Shown here: piece by piece, positions 51,254 to 64,000 of the stretch | Numbering within the stretch: position 1 is the stretch's first letter | Layout: each line of letters begins with the position of its first letter | Origin: Octopus sinensis | Lineage: Eukaryota | Assembly: GCF_006345805.1 (NCBI RefSeq) | Contig: NC_043012.1 | Coordinates: 46,934,001 to 46,998,000, forward strand | Reading direction: 5' to 3' | Length of the DNA: 64,000 bases | Translations under genes and position numbers: made by a program | The notes under the pieces: generated by a model | What the model was told of the DNA's origin: nothing | The model's database searches: none | The model's input: the letters and a program-made list of their open reading frames with translations, nothing else

Positions 51254-53200
51254 ATTTATATATATATATGTATGTATATATGTGCGGTATTTTTTCAATT
51301 AGTTTTCATTTTTTTCAATTCTAATTTTTCTATTTCGTCTTTGTTTTCAAATTATGATCTGAGCCATGATGTTAATCATCATTACAACTCTCTATTTTCT
51401 CCTTCAATTATTCCACCTAATATTTACTATGTTTTTACCAGTTCCTCTCAGTTTTCATGCTGAATTTCATGCCCATGTCATTTTCGTATTTATAATATAT
51501 TAGTGGAATTTACTTAGCGAATTTCACTTCAACGACGAATTTTTGCGCTATATGTTCTGGTTCCTTAAGCATTCAGTGTTGTATCCCGCACCACCGTTGT
51601 ACACTATATTATTCGGTGTTGTGTTTCGTCAATAGATTTTCATTTTCACTGCATATTTTCATAAGGTCTTCCATTTTCCGCATTTATGTAATATTTTTTC
51701 TTTCGAAGACTTTAAGATTGATTCAATAACGTATTTCTTTACAAGTGGTTACCATAAAAGAGGTGTTTCATGTGCAGGGATCTTATGGTTTGCACATAAT
51801 TAATATAATTCTCTCGCTACTCTTTCCTCTGGTGGTGATGTAATATCATCTATTGCATACATTAGACCCTGAGCAACACATTTACCAAGAAAAATAGGTG
51901 ATAATGAATATGCATTTATTTTAATATGTATGGCCTATATTCATTTCCGAGTCTCTTAGTAATTCAATATATTAGGCTATAGATTTCAATTCAATTTCAC
52001 CTATACATATACATACGTAGATAAATAGATAGAAAAACAGAAAAAGTGACTTAATTGCAATTTAAGGGGGATAAATGCAATCAGCAGTTGGTAGGAGAGG
52101 TAAATAGTTTTGCGTAGTCTTATGGATAGAGCTACGGGATTGCATGGGCTTACATTATATATTTGGATTGTCTGCTGCTATTTCCTGAACAACGTCGCAC
52201 TTATATACTATCTTGCATCAATAGAGTCGCTCTTGTACGTAAGTGGAGGAGTCGTGTAACTTTAGAAAGTGGTTGTAGTTTGGTAAGATAATGCGTATAT
52301 CTCGTGTGTCGGTTAGTGGGTCGATGTGTGTGTATATGTGACTGGGCGTAATTATGGTTGTGTGCATATATTAAAGTATGGATAATTAGGCACGGTGTAA
52401 GTGCGTGTGTGCGCGGTTACAGAACATTAATGCGTACACGTAGTAGGTTGATTGGCAGGTGATGTACATCGCCTGACCCACATTCTACTCCGGAAATTGT
52501 TATCGGTACACTCTTTGACTATCAGTCACCAAATCGTTTGGAGCCCATACATAAAATTGACAATGAACGGACCTCTAGTATCATTGACTTCGGTTTACGA
52601 CACGATATACTTGTACATGTGGGTGTTAGCATTGCTTTTGACAGCATTACTACTGTTGTTTTTGTCACTGCTGTTTATGCTGTGAGTAGAATTAATTAAG
52701 ATATTGCAGCTTTAGAATTTGTTGATGATGATGTTTTCTCATATTTATGTTTACTTTAAAATCAGATAGCATTTTATTTTACGAGTAAAATCGTGTGTCG
52801 TTTCTGAATTTCATATTTTGTTATAATATAAAGAATATTTTGCTACTTCAAACTGATGAATACACATTGCTGTCAAAGATGAAGTAATTATATCAATTCA
52901 TACTACGGATTGCATGGTAACTTGTTCGCTAGCCACGGGTAATTTTCTTATTAAAGGAGTGATGTTCCCAAAACGCAACAATACAGAAAGAGGTGGCGTT
53001 TCAGATATTTTAATATACTTACTAATATTGTAGGGATAATTAATTGACAACATCTATTTCAGGTCAATTTGAAGGATGGAACGTAGCTATACTCAGTGAT
53101 GGATTTGGGCCGAGTATATAGAATAGACAAAACTCAGTTACAGCGCATCCAAAACCATTCAAATGGTATTAAATATGAAATTAAATTAAACCAAGTCCAG

Positions 53201-53369
53201 TTTATTTGCTAAACTGATACTTACAATAATATGCATACATATTACATATTATGCTTTACAATTTATATTTTATATTTTATATCTTATATTTTATATTTTA
53301 TATCTTATATGTAAAGCATAATATGTTATATGTATGTATATTATTGTAATTATCAGTTTAGTAAATAAA
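53201..53369. repeat. Foldback: 60-bp inverted arms around a 49-bp AT minisatellite
   Basis: 53201-53260 vs 53310-53369: 56/60 complementary (two G-T, two mismatches); spacer of TTATAT-type repeats. Confidence 0.9.
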
Positions 53370-55479
53370 TAAGTTAACATACTATAATGTCTAAAAGTTG
53401 ATGAACCATCTCTTGATCCCCTCCATTTTCTTATTGTTGTATAAATTAATGGTAAAATATCTCTTTACCTTCACCCATTTAGTACACTAGGTAATGTAAT
53501 TGCAATGCAATAAAAAACACTTGTGTATTAATAATTGGGTATTCTACGAGCAGTATATTGGATATATATTATCCCTTAGTTGGTTGGATTCACAACCTCT
53601 AACTTTCTTGGAGTTTTATATATAAGTTAGACATGGCCTGGACCAATCTTTGGTTGAAACATATCTAAGTTTATTCATGTATGTATATATATATATATAT
53701 ATATGTATAGGTATGTATGTATGTATGTATGTATGTATATATGTGTGTGTGTGTGTGTGCATGAAGTAAAATTTGAAACGTGTAATTGTATAGATTTTGT
53801 CTATATTCATTATATTGCATAGCAGGACTACATGGAACCGTTTTGCTTCTGAATCAACTCATAGAGGTGAAACGCATAGTACACAGGTAGTTAGTCTTGT
53901 CTTACATACACGGTAATTCTCTCTCAATGTTGCATTAGTTGTTTATAATACGTTGTTTAGTAACAATAAACGGCGTATTCTTGCGTTTGTCGTCGATAGC
54001 GTGTGAAGTTTATTAATTTAAAATGCATTATAATCAATGTATAACATTCATAACACTAAAATATTGTGAAATATAATCCCGGGTACAGACGGTATCAATG
54101 TGCACTAGTTTAACAACAATGATTTTCCTTTAGTCATTTCACTCTGAGAAAACATCTAATTTTCCTGAATACATAAACTTTCTGTTAATTAATCTCATAA
54201 TAGAGTTCAACACATTTTGTCATGTGTTCTTTTTTATCATCCATTTTCTGATATTCATATTGCAGTTTACATTTTTGTGTGACCCATATTTTCTGGTTTT
54301 ATAGACAGTATGTTCTTTTACCCTGCCTAAGTATAGTATACTGATATTTGTTTACCTATCTCTTTATTCCTTCAGTATTGTTTGCGAGCATACATTAAAC
54401 TGTTGCTTCAATATTTAGCTATATTTACCACAACGATCACTACCGAGTAGTTTACGATGAAAAGTTCAGTCTATTTTAAAAAATGTTTGCCCAATAGATT
54501 ATGTAGAACATGAATTTGATTTTTATAAACTGGTTTATGAAACATTATTAATACATTTAATATGCTTCAAACCTAACACTGAAATTAAGTTAACATCAAA
54601 GTATTAAAGCATCAAACATACAGAATGCATTGTTTCTGAGAATATAAATACATGCACTAAGATGCAAGACTCAGAGAGACAGAGAACTTAAACAGAGATA
54701 CACATACTATCTAATGTAAGACAGAAATAATGAGATGCATTATTTGAAGTAGTACAGGTATATCATTTGAACTAGAATTTAAACTGTGGACTAGAATGTA
54801 AGACAACATTCGTAAACTATAAACTGTTGGTAATGATTGTTTTTTTCTCATGCACATTTGTTGTCTTGCATAGAATGAAACATTAATCAAGAGTTTCGAA
54901 ATCTGACATAATCGTATTTCTTGTAATTCCATAAAGTATGTCTTTCCGTTTTTAAAGCAATATTTTGCTTTTACTAATTCGAGGCCGATGAATTACGTAG
55001 TTTATTCACCCTATTCAGAGTTCGGTTACCTAGACGAATAGTGTGAATTTGAGAATATTCTGGCTCTGATTATGAGTTATATTAATTATATTTCAGTCAC
55101 CGACTGTAGATTTTGGTCACTGATTGCAGAAATAATACTGCAAAGTTTTGATAACTTATTTACTGTTGGTGATATTATATTTGTCAAATGTTTGCACTTA
55201 AACATTAACTGGCAAACTTCTTCACTACACTGAATGGGTAGATGACTGTATATATAAGCAGAATTTATTATCATTAGATTTTATTACAACTATTACATAG
55301 TATACACGTACCAAAGGTACACACACACACGTGCTTGAGTGGTAGTCCATTTCCCCACCTTTTTTAGCATGGAAACCTTCATTAGTGAGTGTGCCGAGTG
55401 ATATTGCTGTTTTCTTCGCTAGTTGTAAAATTTGTATTTGTAAGATCATGTGTATGTTGTTATCTGCGATTTTTATCAT

Positions 55480-55780
55480 GCACAGTAAAAAATATTCAAC
55501 GTAATATTTTGCGTGAAACTTAGGAGTTCTGCTACAGAGACACTGAGCGTGCTTCGAAACGCTGGCGGCGACACGGCAATGGGTCGCACGCTCTGTTTCG
55601 AGTGGAACGGGCGCTTGAAAAGCTTAAGACGTGCTAGGAAAGCGATGAGTACCCTGGCAGACAAGCTATGAGCGTCACCCCAGGAAATTTGGTATTGTGC
55701 ATCGGGAATTCGTCCCCTAGCATCAGACCGTCAACCGAGCGTTCTACTGCGATGTTTTGAAGCGGGACATTGAGCGAAAC
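55480..55780 (+). mobile_element. Internally deleted mariner relic
   Basis: IFCVKLRSSATETLSVLRNA.GD.AMGRT.CFEW.GR (HTH) joined at ~55690 to GIVHREFVP..QTVNRAFYCDVLKR. Confidence 0.7.
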
Positions 55781-55829
55781 CAACGTTAAGTAAATGACTA
55801 AACTTAAAATGGTACTTTGTGGGTTAATC

Positions 55830-57446
55830 CTAGACTCATCCCCGTAAAGGATATTCCTATACCCCTAAGAACATTTATCTTAAAGGACTAATATTTAAAA
55901 TCAATGTATTCACCCATAGACTACGTTGGAAAGCTTACTAGTACGACAGGAAGTATGAACCAACTTATCCCGACACCAACACCATGGATGATAAGGACCT
56001 TAACACCAGAATTTTCAGAACTCAAAGAACGCCACTACCAAACAGCTACCTTGATGCAATAACGTTAAAAACATCCCTTCAGGCACAATGGAAACCAGGG
56101 GAAGCTAAACAACCTGATTCCCGAATTAAAATCTAAAAATGGAATAATAATACATTTAGATAAAGCAAGAACAAGAAACACTTACAACATGGGCATAAAT
56201 ACTTATCATGAACGTATCCATAGAGAAATCACAAATAAATATAAAGTAGTTCCTAGAAGCACTCTTCAAACAATCAAATTGGATGTTAACAAAATTATGA
56301 CTGATTATAATATAGATAATAGAGCAGAACCTTTTACATCTGTTAGACCTCGTATCACAATTAAGGACCATAAAGATAACTTCTTAATTAACACCCAAGT
56401 TAAATTAATTTTCCCCAGTAAATAGGGTTCATGAAAACTTAGCAGGGCAATTTTAGATAAGTTCATAACCTACCCTTAGGAAAAAGAACAAACTTGAATT
56501 ATGGACTAGTTCCCAAAATGCAACAGGTTGGTTCTCTAATATACAACATAAAGATAAACATAAAGTTTTACAAATAGATATTCAAAATTACTCCTCCTCC
56601 ATAAACCCTACTATCTAAAATAATGTTCTTAGTGTTGCTTAGAACCACACTAAGATCAGCATGAAAGGAATCAGCGTAATCCTCACGGCCCGAAAGTCTA
56701 ATATTGAATTTGACAATAAACTGTGGACAAGAAAGGATACCCCTAATTACTTTGATATAACGATGGTATCCCCAGATTCAAACGGAAGTGAATGAACCTG
56801 TGAGAATATATCTACTAGGCAACCTAAATAAAGAATTCCCAGGATTTGGAGGAGGACCTCTACAGGGACAATGTACTTTTTTAAAAATTAGAAATACCTC
56901 TAACACACGCCTAGAACTACTTAAGAAACGTTTGTACAAAGTTTACGATAGATTTGGCCTATCTATCACGATAGAGAATGAAAACTACTCAATAACCTAC
57001 CTAGGCGTTAAATGTAATTTTAATACGGGACTGCATGAAGCTTACATGAAACCAAACTGTAACTTAAAATGTATACACCCTCTTAGTAATCACCCACAAT
57101 CGATAAAAAGATGCTCTTACAAAAGGCATTAGTAAAAGAATTCCTTATCTCTCTCCTAGTGAGGATTTATTCAATAAACATAAAGAACAATAGAAGGCAC
57201 TAAAATGCAGGATAAAAAAGTAAAATTAAGTATATTCCATATAATAATATAATGACTAGTAATAATATTGATTACATCAATAGCAATAATAAGAAATATA
57301 GAAATTTACATAAATTCAGCAATTAAGTACAGAAACCTATAGTCCCCAACACTAACAAGAAAAAGAAATTGCGGCACCAACTATAACAGCAATAATAATA
57401 ATAATGATAATAATATAATAATAATATAATAATAATAATAATAATG

Positions 57447-57482
<36 letters not shown>

Positions 57483-57507
57483 TAATAATAATAATGATAA
57501 TAATAAT

Positions 57508-57545
<38 letters not shown>

Positions 57546-57588
57546 AATAATAGTAATAATAATGATGATAATAATAATAATAATAATG

Positions 57589-57622
<34 letters not shown>

Positions 57623-57666
57623 TGATGATGATGATGATGATGATAATACTACTACTAATAATAATG

Positions 57667-57719
<53 letters not shown>

Positions 57720-59612
57720 CATAATATAACCCCGAGAATGAAGCGCAGTGCAAATAATACCAACAATAACACTAATCATAGCAACAATAACATACAATAT
57801 TATAAGCAGGAACCTAATGGTAGCACCACTAATGGAGAGACTAACGTGTATAACATAGATAACAAGATGATAAATACAAATTAGCATAAACAAAGTATTC
57901 ATCACTCGAAGAGTAATGAATGCCATGTGTCATATGGTAGGAATACTGGAAAACAAAAAATAGCAATTGGCTTATATTCCCGCATGCTCTACAAATTTAA
58001 ACTGATTTAGTCAAATCTATATTCAACACTATAAATATACACTTTGACTAGAATAGTAGGTACTCGCAAATTATTAATTGTAAAACAATAAAGATGGGTT
58101 ACAGTCTGACACATAACTTAGCTAGCACCCTGCCTAGATAATAAAAAAAAACTAGATATTTTTTTAATCAGATAGTAGTAATAATAATAACAATATCAAT
58201 AATAACGATAATAATGATAATAAATATTACAACCGCGATAACCAGCCCAAGCATAGAAATGATAACACCAACAGCTATAAAAACCTTTTTTAATTATAAT
58301 GCACCTCATAATAATTCATGTCTATACACCAATCCAGTAGTAAGTAACTATTCCCCATAACACAACCTATGTGACTTCAGAAAAAGAGATAATTGCACCC
58401 TTAATAACACTTGAACACTTGTAAAAGAAAAAAAAATGTAATTTACCAGTGCACAGTCACAACACAGTTTAGTAAGGACATATGTATAGGGGATACCCAA
58501 AACGAAATGAAGCGGAGATTAGCCGCACACCTACACACTTTCAGAAATAGAGGTAAGATTAGCACAATCGGATTAAGTAAATATATTTGGGAGCTTAGAG
58601 ATAGACATTAGTTTTGATTTAGAATGAAAATTCTTTGCCTCTGCACCTTCACACAATGTAAAAATAAGAAATGCTACTTGTGCATCCTTGAACAATTTTC
58701 CTATTAAAGGCTAGACTCCCATTACTTAACTCAAGGGAAGAGTGATACACAAGGGTAAATTTGCTTTCTCTAGATATAGATAATTTTAGGGGCATCTAAT
58801 GTGCATCTTCTCCATTAACGGCACCCATAGTTCTTTACCATAGAAATATTAGAGTTCGATTCTAAATATTGCCATAAACTACCTTGCAATTAAAGTTTGG
58901 TTAATAGATTTACTTACCCAGACCCCCTTTTACATAACCCATCAATGATATCCTAACATTGAACCCATCTGAGTTTAAAGATCCCCATCTCCCACACATA
59001 ATAACTAAATTATGTTATATTGCACCGTTTTACTACTCCTCAATATAACCTTTACACCCTCTTATAATCATATGATGCCAGTTCTCTTAAGTCTTAACAC
59101 AAATTTAGACTATCGAATGCACGAGTATCCATTCCCCTACCATACCCCACTTGATAAATATCTTGATCCTCCACCATACTAATGAATGAATTTGTCTGTT
59201 TTTGTAACATACATTCCATACTCATTGTTGGTTTGCTTGACTTTAATTTATTCTAGACCTCTTACAACTTTAAATTCTAATCATTAATCTAATTACGGAT
59301 ATTTTCTTTTACTTATTTAATCTTCACCCCTCTGACTAAAACCTATTGGCGTATCCCACTATTATTTTTTTTTTATCATTTATCTATCTTATCCCTCCCC
59401 GTACAAAGGATTAATCCACCAAATACTATTTTAAGTTTAGTCATTAACTTAACATCACAAACATATACACAAACAAAATAGTATGATTCCAATCATATTC
59501 AACTGTTCCTTTTTCCTACTCTAGTCTATTCGTTTTATTGCTTCTTCATTCTGATGAAGTTCCATGTTTCAGATCGGTTTTATTACCAAATATGATAATA
59601 TTTGGTAATAAA
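55830..59612 (+). mobile_element. Near full-length degenerate Penelope-like element
   Basis: In order: KDIPIP..IYLKGLIFKI..HRLRWKAY; TIKDHKDNF..VKLIFPSK; DIQNY; FDITM; SNHPQSI; microsatellite linker; GIY-YIG at 58411-58611 (VIYQC..ICIGDT..MKRRL..H..FRN..LSKYIWELR); long 3' region ending at CTGATGA plus a foldback. Confidence 0.85.
57385..57730. repeat. (AAT)n/(GAT)n microsatellite inside PLE linker
   Basis: Direct reading. Confidence 0.95.
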
Positions 59613-59836
59613 CACACAAACTCTCTCTCACTTTCTCCCCATTCCTCACCTTCTTTTACTATCGAATATCTCTCTCCAGCTCTGCACACTCAATAATACT
59701 ATAAAAAGAGACGAACCCCCTTAAAAAATTCAAATCTGAAGAATCTACTACAGTAGATGCAAGTGCTAATATATGATTTATAAAAACATATGGCATATTA
59801 ATAAAAATCGTATGTATATATATATACATACATACG

Positions 59837-59911
<75 letters not shown>

Positions 59912-60436
59912 GAAAAAGCAAGTCAAAATAGAAAATGCTAAAATAATTTTATAAAACCAGGATGAATATCCCCTTCAATCTAGCAAAAAGGATATGCACT
60001 ATAGTTTCTAATGCAAACACCAGAGACACACGACTACAAGAACTAAAAGATACCCTTATCACCAGGAACTACCCACCTTCACTTATTGACATGTGCATTC
60101 AACTTAACATCAAGGAACTGAGACATCCCAAATCAAAGAAAAACTTACGACCAAAAGCCTTACCATACATCTCCACACACAACCCTCTCAATAATGAAGC
60201 CTTCGGCACCATCCTCCACAACATACCCCTCCTAAAAAAAGACCACAGAATGAACACAATCCTCCAAACACACACGATCATAAAAAGCAAGAGACAGCCT
60301 AAATCTATGAAAAGTCTCCTAACACAAGCCCGAATACAAGCCGACAGTAAAAAAATGTGGAAGACCCAATTGCGGGATATGCGATTATCTAATTGAGGGA
60401 TCAGAGTTCTCCTTCAAACAGGGACAACGGTTTACA

Positions 60437-60823
60437 GTGAAAAGCAACTTCACATGTGCTTCGAAGAACCTGGTATACACACTAACCTGCTCTGGGTGTC
60501 AAGAGCAGTACATAGGCCAAACAAAAAATAGTTTGCGTAAAAGAATGGCCCTGCACAGATCCCAGATAAAAATTCCCCAAAACAGAAAAATAGCTTTCAA
60601 CCAACACATAGATACTTGCGCCAACAACAAAACACCAGGCTTCAGGATTTTCCCCCTCTACCAATTTAGGGACGATACAACCTCGAGACAACGAATAAGT
60701 AAAGAAACTATCTTTATTACAAAATACAGGCCACTTCTTAACGGGTCTACGACAACAGAAATACACACACAAATATTACATTCCAAAGAATCCATTACAA
60801 ATCAGCCCCAATCACAGCTATAA
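60437..60823 (+). pseudogene. PLE GIY-YIG endonuclease domain, open 128-aa frame
   Basis: FTCASKNLVYTLTCSGCQEQYIGQTKNSLRKRMALHRSQI ... KETIFITKYRPLLN. Confidence 0.88.
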
Positions 60824-60879
60824 TCAATTACGTGCCAACTTCAAGTCATACAACACCTCACTACTTTCACTCATTCATA

Positions 60880-61080
60880 TTCTCCCTTCTATTTTTTCTT
60901 CTTCTTCCCCTTCTTCTTCATCATCGTCGTCATCATCATCACCATCATCATCATCTTCTTCTTCTCCTTCCCCTTCTCCTTCTTCTTCTTCTTCTTCTTC
61001 ATCATCATCATCATCATCATCATCAACATCGTCATCTCCTTCTTCTTCTTCTTCTTCTTCTTCTTCTTCTTCTGCTCCAC
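60880..61080. repeat. (CTT)n/(CAT)n compound microsatellite in PLE 3' region
   Basis: Direct reading. Confidence 0.95.
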
Positions 61081-61425
61081 CTTCTACCTCTTAACTTTAT
61101 CACTAATGCTTTTTAGTATAACACCTACGCAAATTCCATAAACAAACCTTTCAACAGAAATATTCTCCTGAATTGAACTGCAACTGCTAGCCGTCACTGA
61201 CCAATCAAAATACGACCATCAAGGCACTCCCAAATTTTTCCACCCCCTCTCCTCATCAACCTTCTTCTTCTTCTACCCTACCAAGAATTCACAACGGCCT
61301 CGAACACACAAGTGTAAACAAGGGAGACAGAGAAAGGCAGAATGCCACTTATATTTGAACACTATAGAAATATTCTTTTAAAAAACTTTTCTTTTCATTT
61401 TTCTAAATTTAATTATTAATCGTTA

Positions 61426-61463
61426 CAGTTGAAAAGGTCTCAAAATGACCGAAACCGGTACTG
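61426..61463 (+). ncRNA. Minimal hammerhead ribozyme motif with U3-A8 core
   Basis: CAG-UUGAAAA-GGUC(UCAAAAU)GACC-GAAAC-CG-GUA-CUG. Perfect stem II, palindrome ACCGGU, GUA site, 3-bp stem I. Confidence 0.65.
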
Positions 61464-62469
61464 AAATGTTCTTTATAAAATTATTTTAGCATTTTCTATT
61501 TTGACTTGTTTTTTCATATATATCAACTCGTGTGTTCCTTTTCACCCTTATACATATACATATATATATATATACAGTAAAGTAGAACTAGACTGAGATT
61601 AAATGATGAATAAGTGTGAGGTGTCACTGTTGCCAAAAACGTTCAAAAGACAGTAAATCAAAGCACCATATATGGCATTTAGAGATAAGTCACGAGAAAA
61701 AAAATAAGCTCATCTCCCAGAAGTAAACGTTAATTGCAAGTGTTTAGAAATAAGTGCGGTTGTAACACATTTATATACACTAAGAAAATCAATCAGCGAA
61801 ACCAATTCATTGAAACACTATTTGTTTATAACTTTTCCTTCATGCATATATATATGTTACGCACTTCAAGGTGTGGCTTATACACCCTAAATACTGTTCT
61901 ATATCTACAGAAATGTCCATATACTCTTTAAACATGCATGTTTTCCCACAAAAACTGCATTTCTTCTGTATCGAATGTAAATGCCCGAAACGTTAAGTAA
62001 TATTATCTTTGATTCTTATGCTGCTGTAGACCACTTTTTGTGCATGAAAATTTCATTTCTAATACTCTTCTTCATAATTACAGTAATGCATCTTTATGCA
62101 GAACATTACATAAATAACAAAAAAATACTTTGTGAGCTGGTATTTATAATTTCATTTAAAGCATTATTCACCACATTTATTATTCTGCTTTATACTGTAA
62201 TCATATCAGTAATACGGAAACCTATAAATGCATTAAAAGAGCTATTACATATATGTAACGTTTTGTTTTCTTGTAAGACTACTATCATATTCTAGTTAAC
62301 ATTTCAAGTCAATATTGTTAGCATCAAAGCCAATATCAATATTACGATTTGCGTTTTATAGAGATAAACGATATTTTTTTCTAAAGACATCAAGACGTTG
62401 GATACTTTACGTAAGAAAAGTGATATTTACCACATTATGTCATTGATTCGCCATTCCTCTAAACATATA

Positions 62470-62494
62470 ATGTACACACACATATACACACACG

Positions 62495-62529
<35 letters not shown>

Positions 62530-62642
62530 CACACACACATATACATATATATGTATGTATATATATATATACACATACATATGTACATATATATGTATAT
62601 GTGTATATCTATCTTTCTATCTCTTTCTCTCTCTCTCCCTCC

Positions 62643-62700
<58 letters not shown>
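62470..62700. repeat. Compound (CA)/(TA)/(CT) microsatellite
   Basis: Direct reading. Confidence 0.95.
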
Positions 62701-62703
<3 letters not shown>

Positions 62704-64000
62704 TCAATATTGGTTTCAGGAGATATTCAGTTCCACTATAATAATTGAATGTTTACCACCTCCAACCCAAATTAATCGTTTAGGCTGATATAATTTTTTA
62801 ACTGATGATATCAATATCAAATAAACTGTATCAGTTAATATCGACAATTCAATTTCGTTTCCAAGTTCACTAATCATATTACTAACTCATAGAAGATAGT
62901 CTGAAGTTCGAACTTTAGAATTTTCAATGAAATATATGATGTTGGCGTTAGAATTTTTTTTGTTTCATTTTGAAATTTTGCTGCCCAAGATTATTAAGTA
63001 ACATCAAAGGTTAATGACCTCTATAAAGTTATTTCGAAAACAATACTTCTTTCAACTAATTGCCTGACATTCGAGGTTATATTTTTCCTTTCTTTTGTTT
63101 GATGGATAATTGTTCAATCGATAGACTTCTATTGTCGCGATAAAGCAGAGGCATTAGTAATAATAACTGCCACAGTCAATTATTCTATAATAAAGAATGA
63201 AGTCAAACGTAGTTAATAAAAACGTCTTCAACATATTACTCACAATTTCCCCCACGTTAGATACATTAGATTTTCTTTAAAAACGAAATAGAAATAAAAG
63301 AATTAAAGTCGAATGAGAAAGTGATAAAATTAGATTTAAAATCCCTAAAAAATTACCATTTTAATTCTAAGTAATAGGTTAATTCTTTTCGTGAATACGC
63401 CATAAAATTTTCGCATTCTAATAAATGTTCCTAAATTTGCATAATTTTTAAATAGAAACCTATTTTGGCTTAATACATTTCCCTCATGTTGGTCTGCAGA
63501 CTGTTTCTTTCTTAATTATTTCAAGACTTATTTTTCAACGATTACTAGAACTTAGAGTGTAACATTATTCAGACATTGAATTTAATGATCATGATGCCAG
63601 TGAAACAAATGACAGAGAAACTTTATCTTATGCAGCTGTTGCGTTTCTAAATAAAATCATGCTGTATTTTACAATCTTTAGTTTTTGAATTCTTCTCAGG
63701 GATTAGGGATAGCATAGAAGTGAATGAAACTACATTCCATGTAGCAAACATTCTGTTGTGTGGACGCTCCCAGACGATGAAGTAGGTTAGCCCAATATGT
63801 AGATATAGGAGAAGCCTAGACGTCAGGAGCCCAGCTGTGTAGACTAGAGTAGGAGAAGAGTAGCGGTAAGAGAGAGTTGAGAGCAGAGTAGTAGAGGCAT
63901 CCGAACGTGCGACATAACACATTCATGATAGGATCTGTTTTATCTTGTAATCTATTGTTTCATCTATAAAATACAATGAACATAGAAAAGCAATTGCTTT

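Larger units (their letters stand above)
59905..61523 (+). mobile_element. 5'-truncated Penelope-like element with inverted terminal segment
   Basis: RT thumb (IPFNLAKRICTIVS..RLQELK..L..RNYP), GIY-YIG, 3' region and HHR. 59905-59955 is the reverse complement of 61472-61523 with one mismatch. Confidence 0.9.

Noticed and set aside
51290-51960. Coding-like minus-strand relic
   Set aside because: Multiple stops in all frames, and no family motif I can name.
53063-53122. TTTCAG-preceded frame QFEGWNVAILSDGFGPSI*
   Set aside because: Short, with a weak donor or an early stop; no supporting neighbours.
57381-57926. 181-aa poly-Ile ORF (also poly-Leu/Ile at 1501, 33562, 33602, 35103, 35791)
   Set aside because: Trinucleotide microsatellite translation, not membrane proteins.
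63754-63983. Solo LTR (TG...CA)
   Set aside because: No matching TSD; the window ends before it can be evaluated.

Overview
AT-rich, microsatellite-saturated eukaryotic DNA, most likely intergenic or intronic sequence of an octopus or other coleoid cephalopod. The taxon is inferred from the SINE architecture and repeat spectrum and was not searched. I cannot confidently identify a host protein-coding gene. Almost all ORFs in the supplied track are read-through of (CA)n/(TA)n/(AAT)n repeats or transposon relics. The window is a mobile-element graveyard. It holds Penelope-like elements (PLEs; RT and GIY-YIG relics at ~3.0-3.5, 12.0-12.6, 15.4-16.5, 55.8-59.6 and 59.9-61.5 kb), R4/Dong-like, CR1-like and Tx1/L1-like LINEs, and three or four tRNA-derived SINE families. 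DNA transposons include a complete 1618-bp IR/DR-type Tc1 (DD34E) nested in a Tx1-like LINE, further Tc1/mariner/pogo relics, a non-autonomous Helitron and MITEs. The most interesting signal is a set of minimal hammerhead-ribozyme (HHR) motifs with palindromic helix III at PLE 3' ends. One canonical-core HHR sits directly downstream of a tRNA-like Pol III A/B-box head (3017-3172). One has a covarying U3-A8 core (61426-61463). A two-copy ~205-bp non-coding element carries a CCGACGA-core variant (27926-28133, 51045-51253). Other notable structures are a gap-free 154-bp palindrome with four spaced C-C mismatches, a 60-bp-arm foldback, a one-head/three-body SINE multimer, a tail-to-tail SINE pair and a near-perfect 446-bp tandem duplication. 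Family assignments rest on recalled motif patterns and manual translation; no database search was run.
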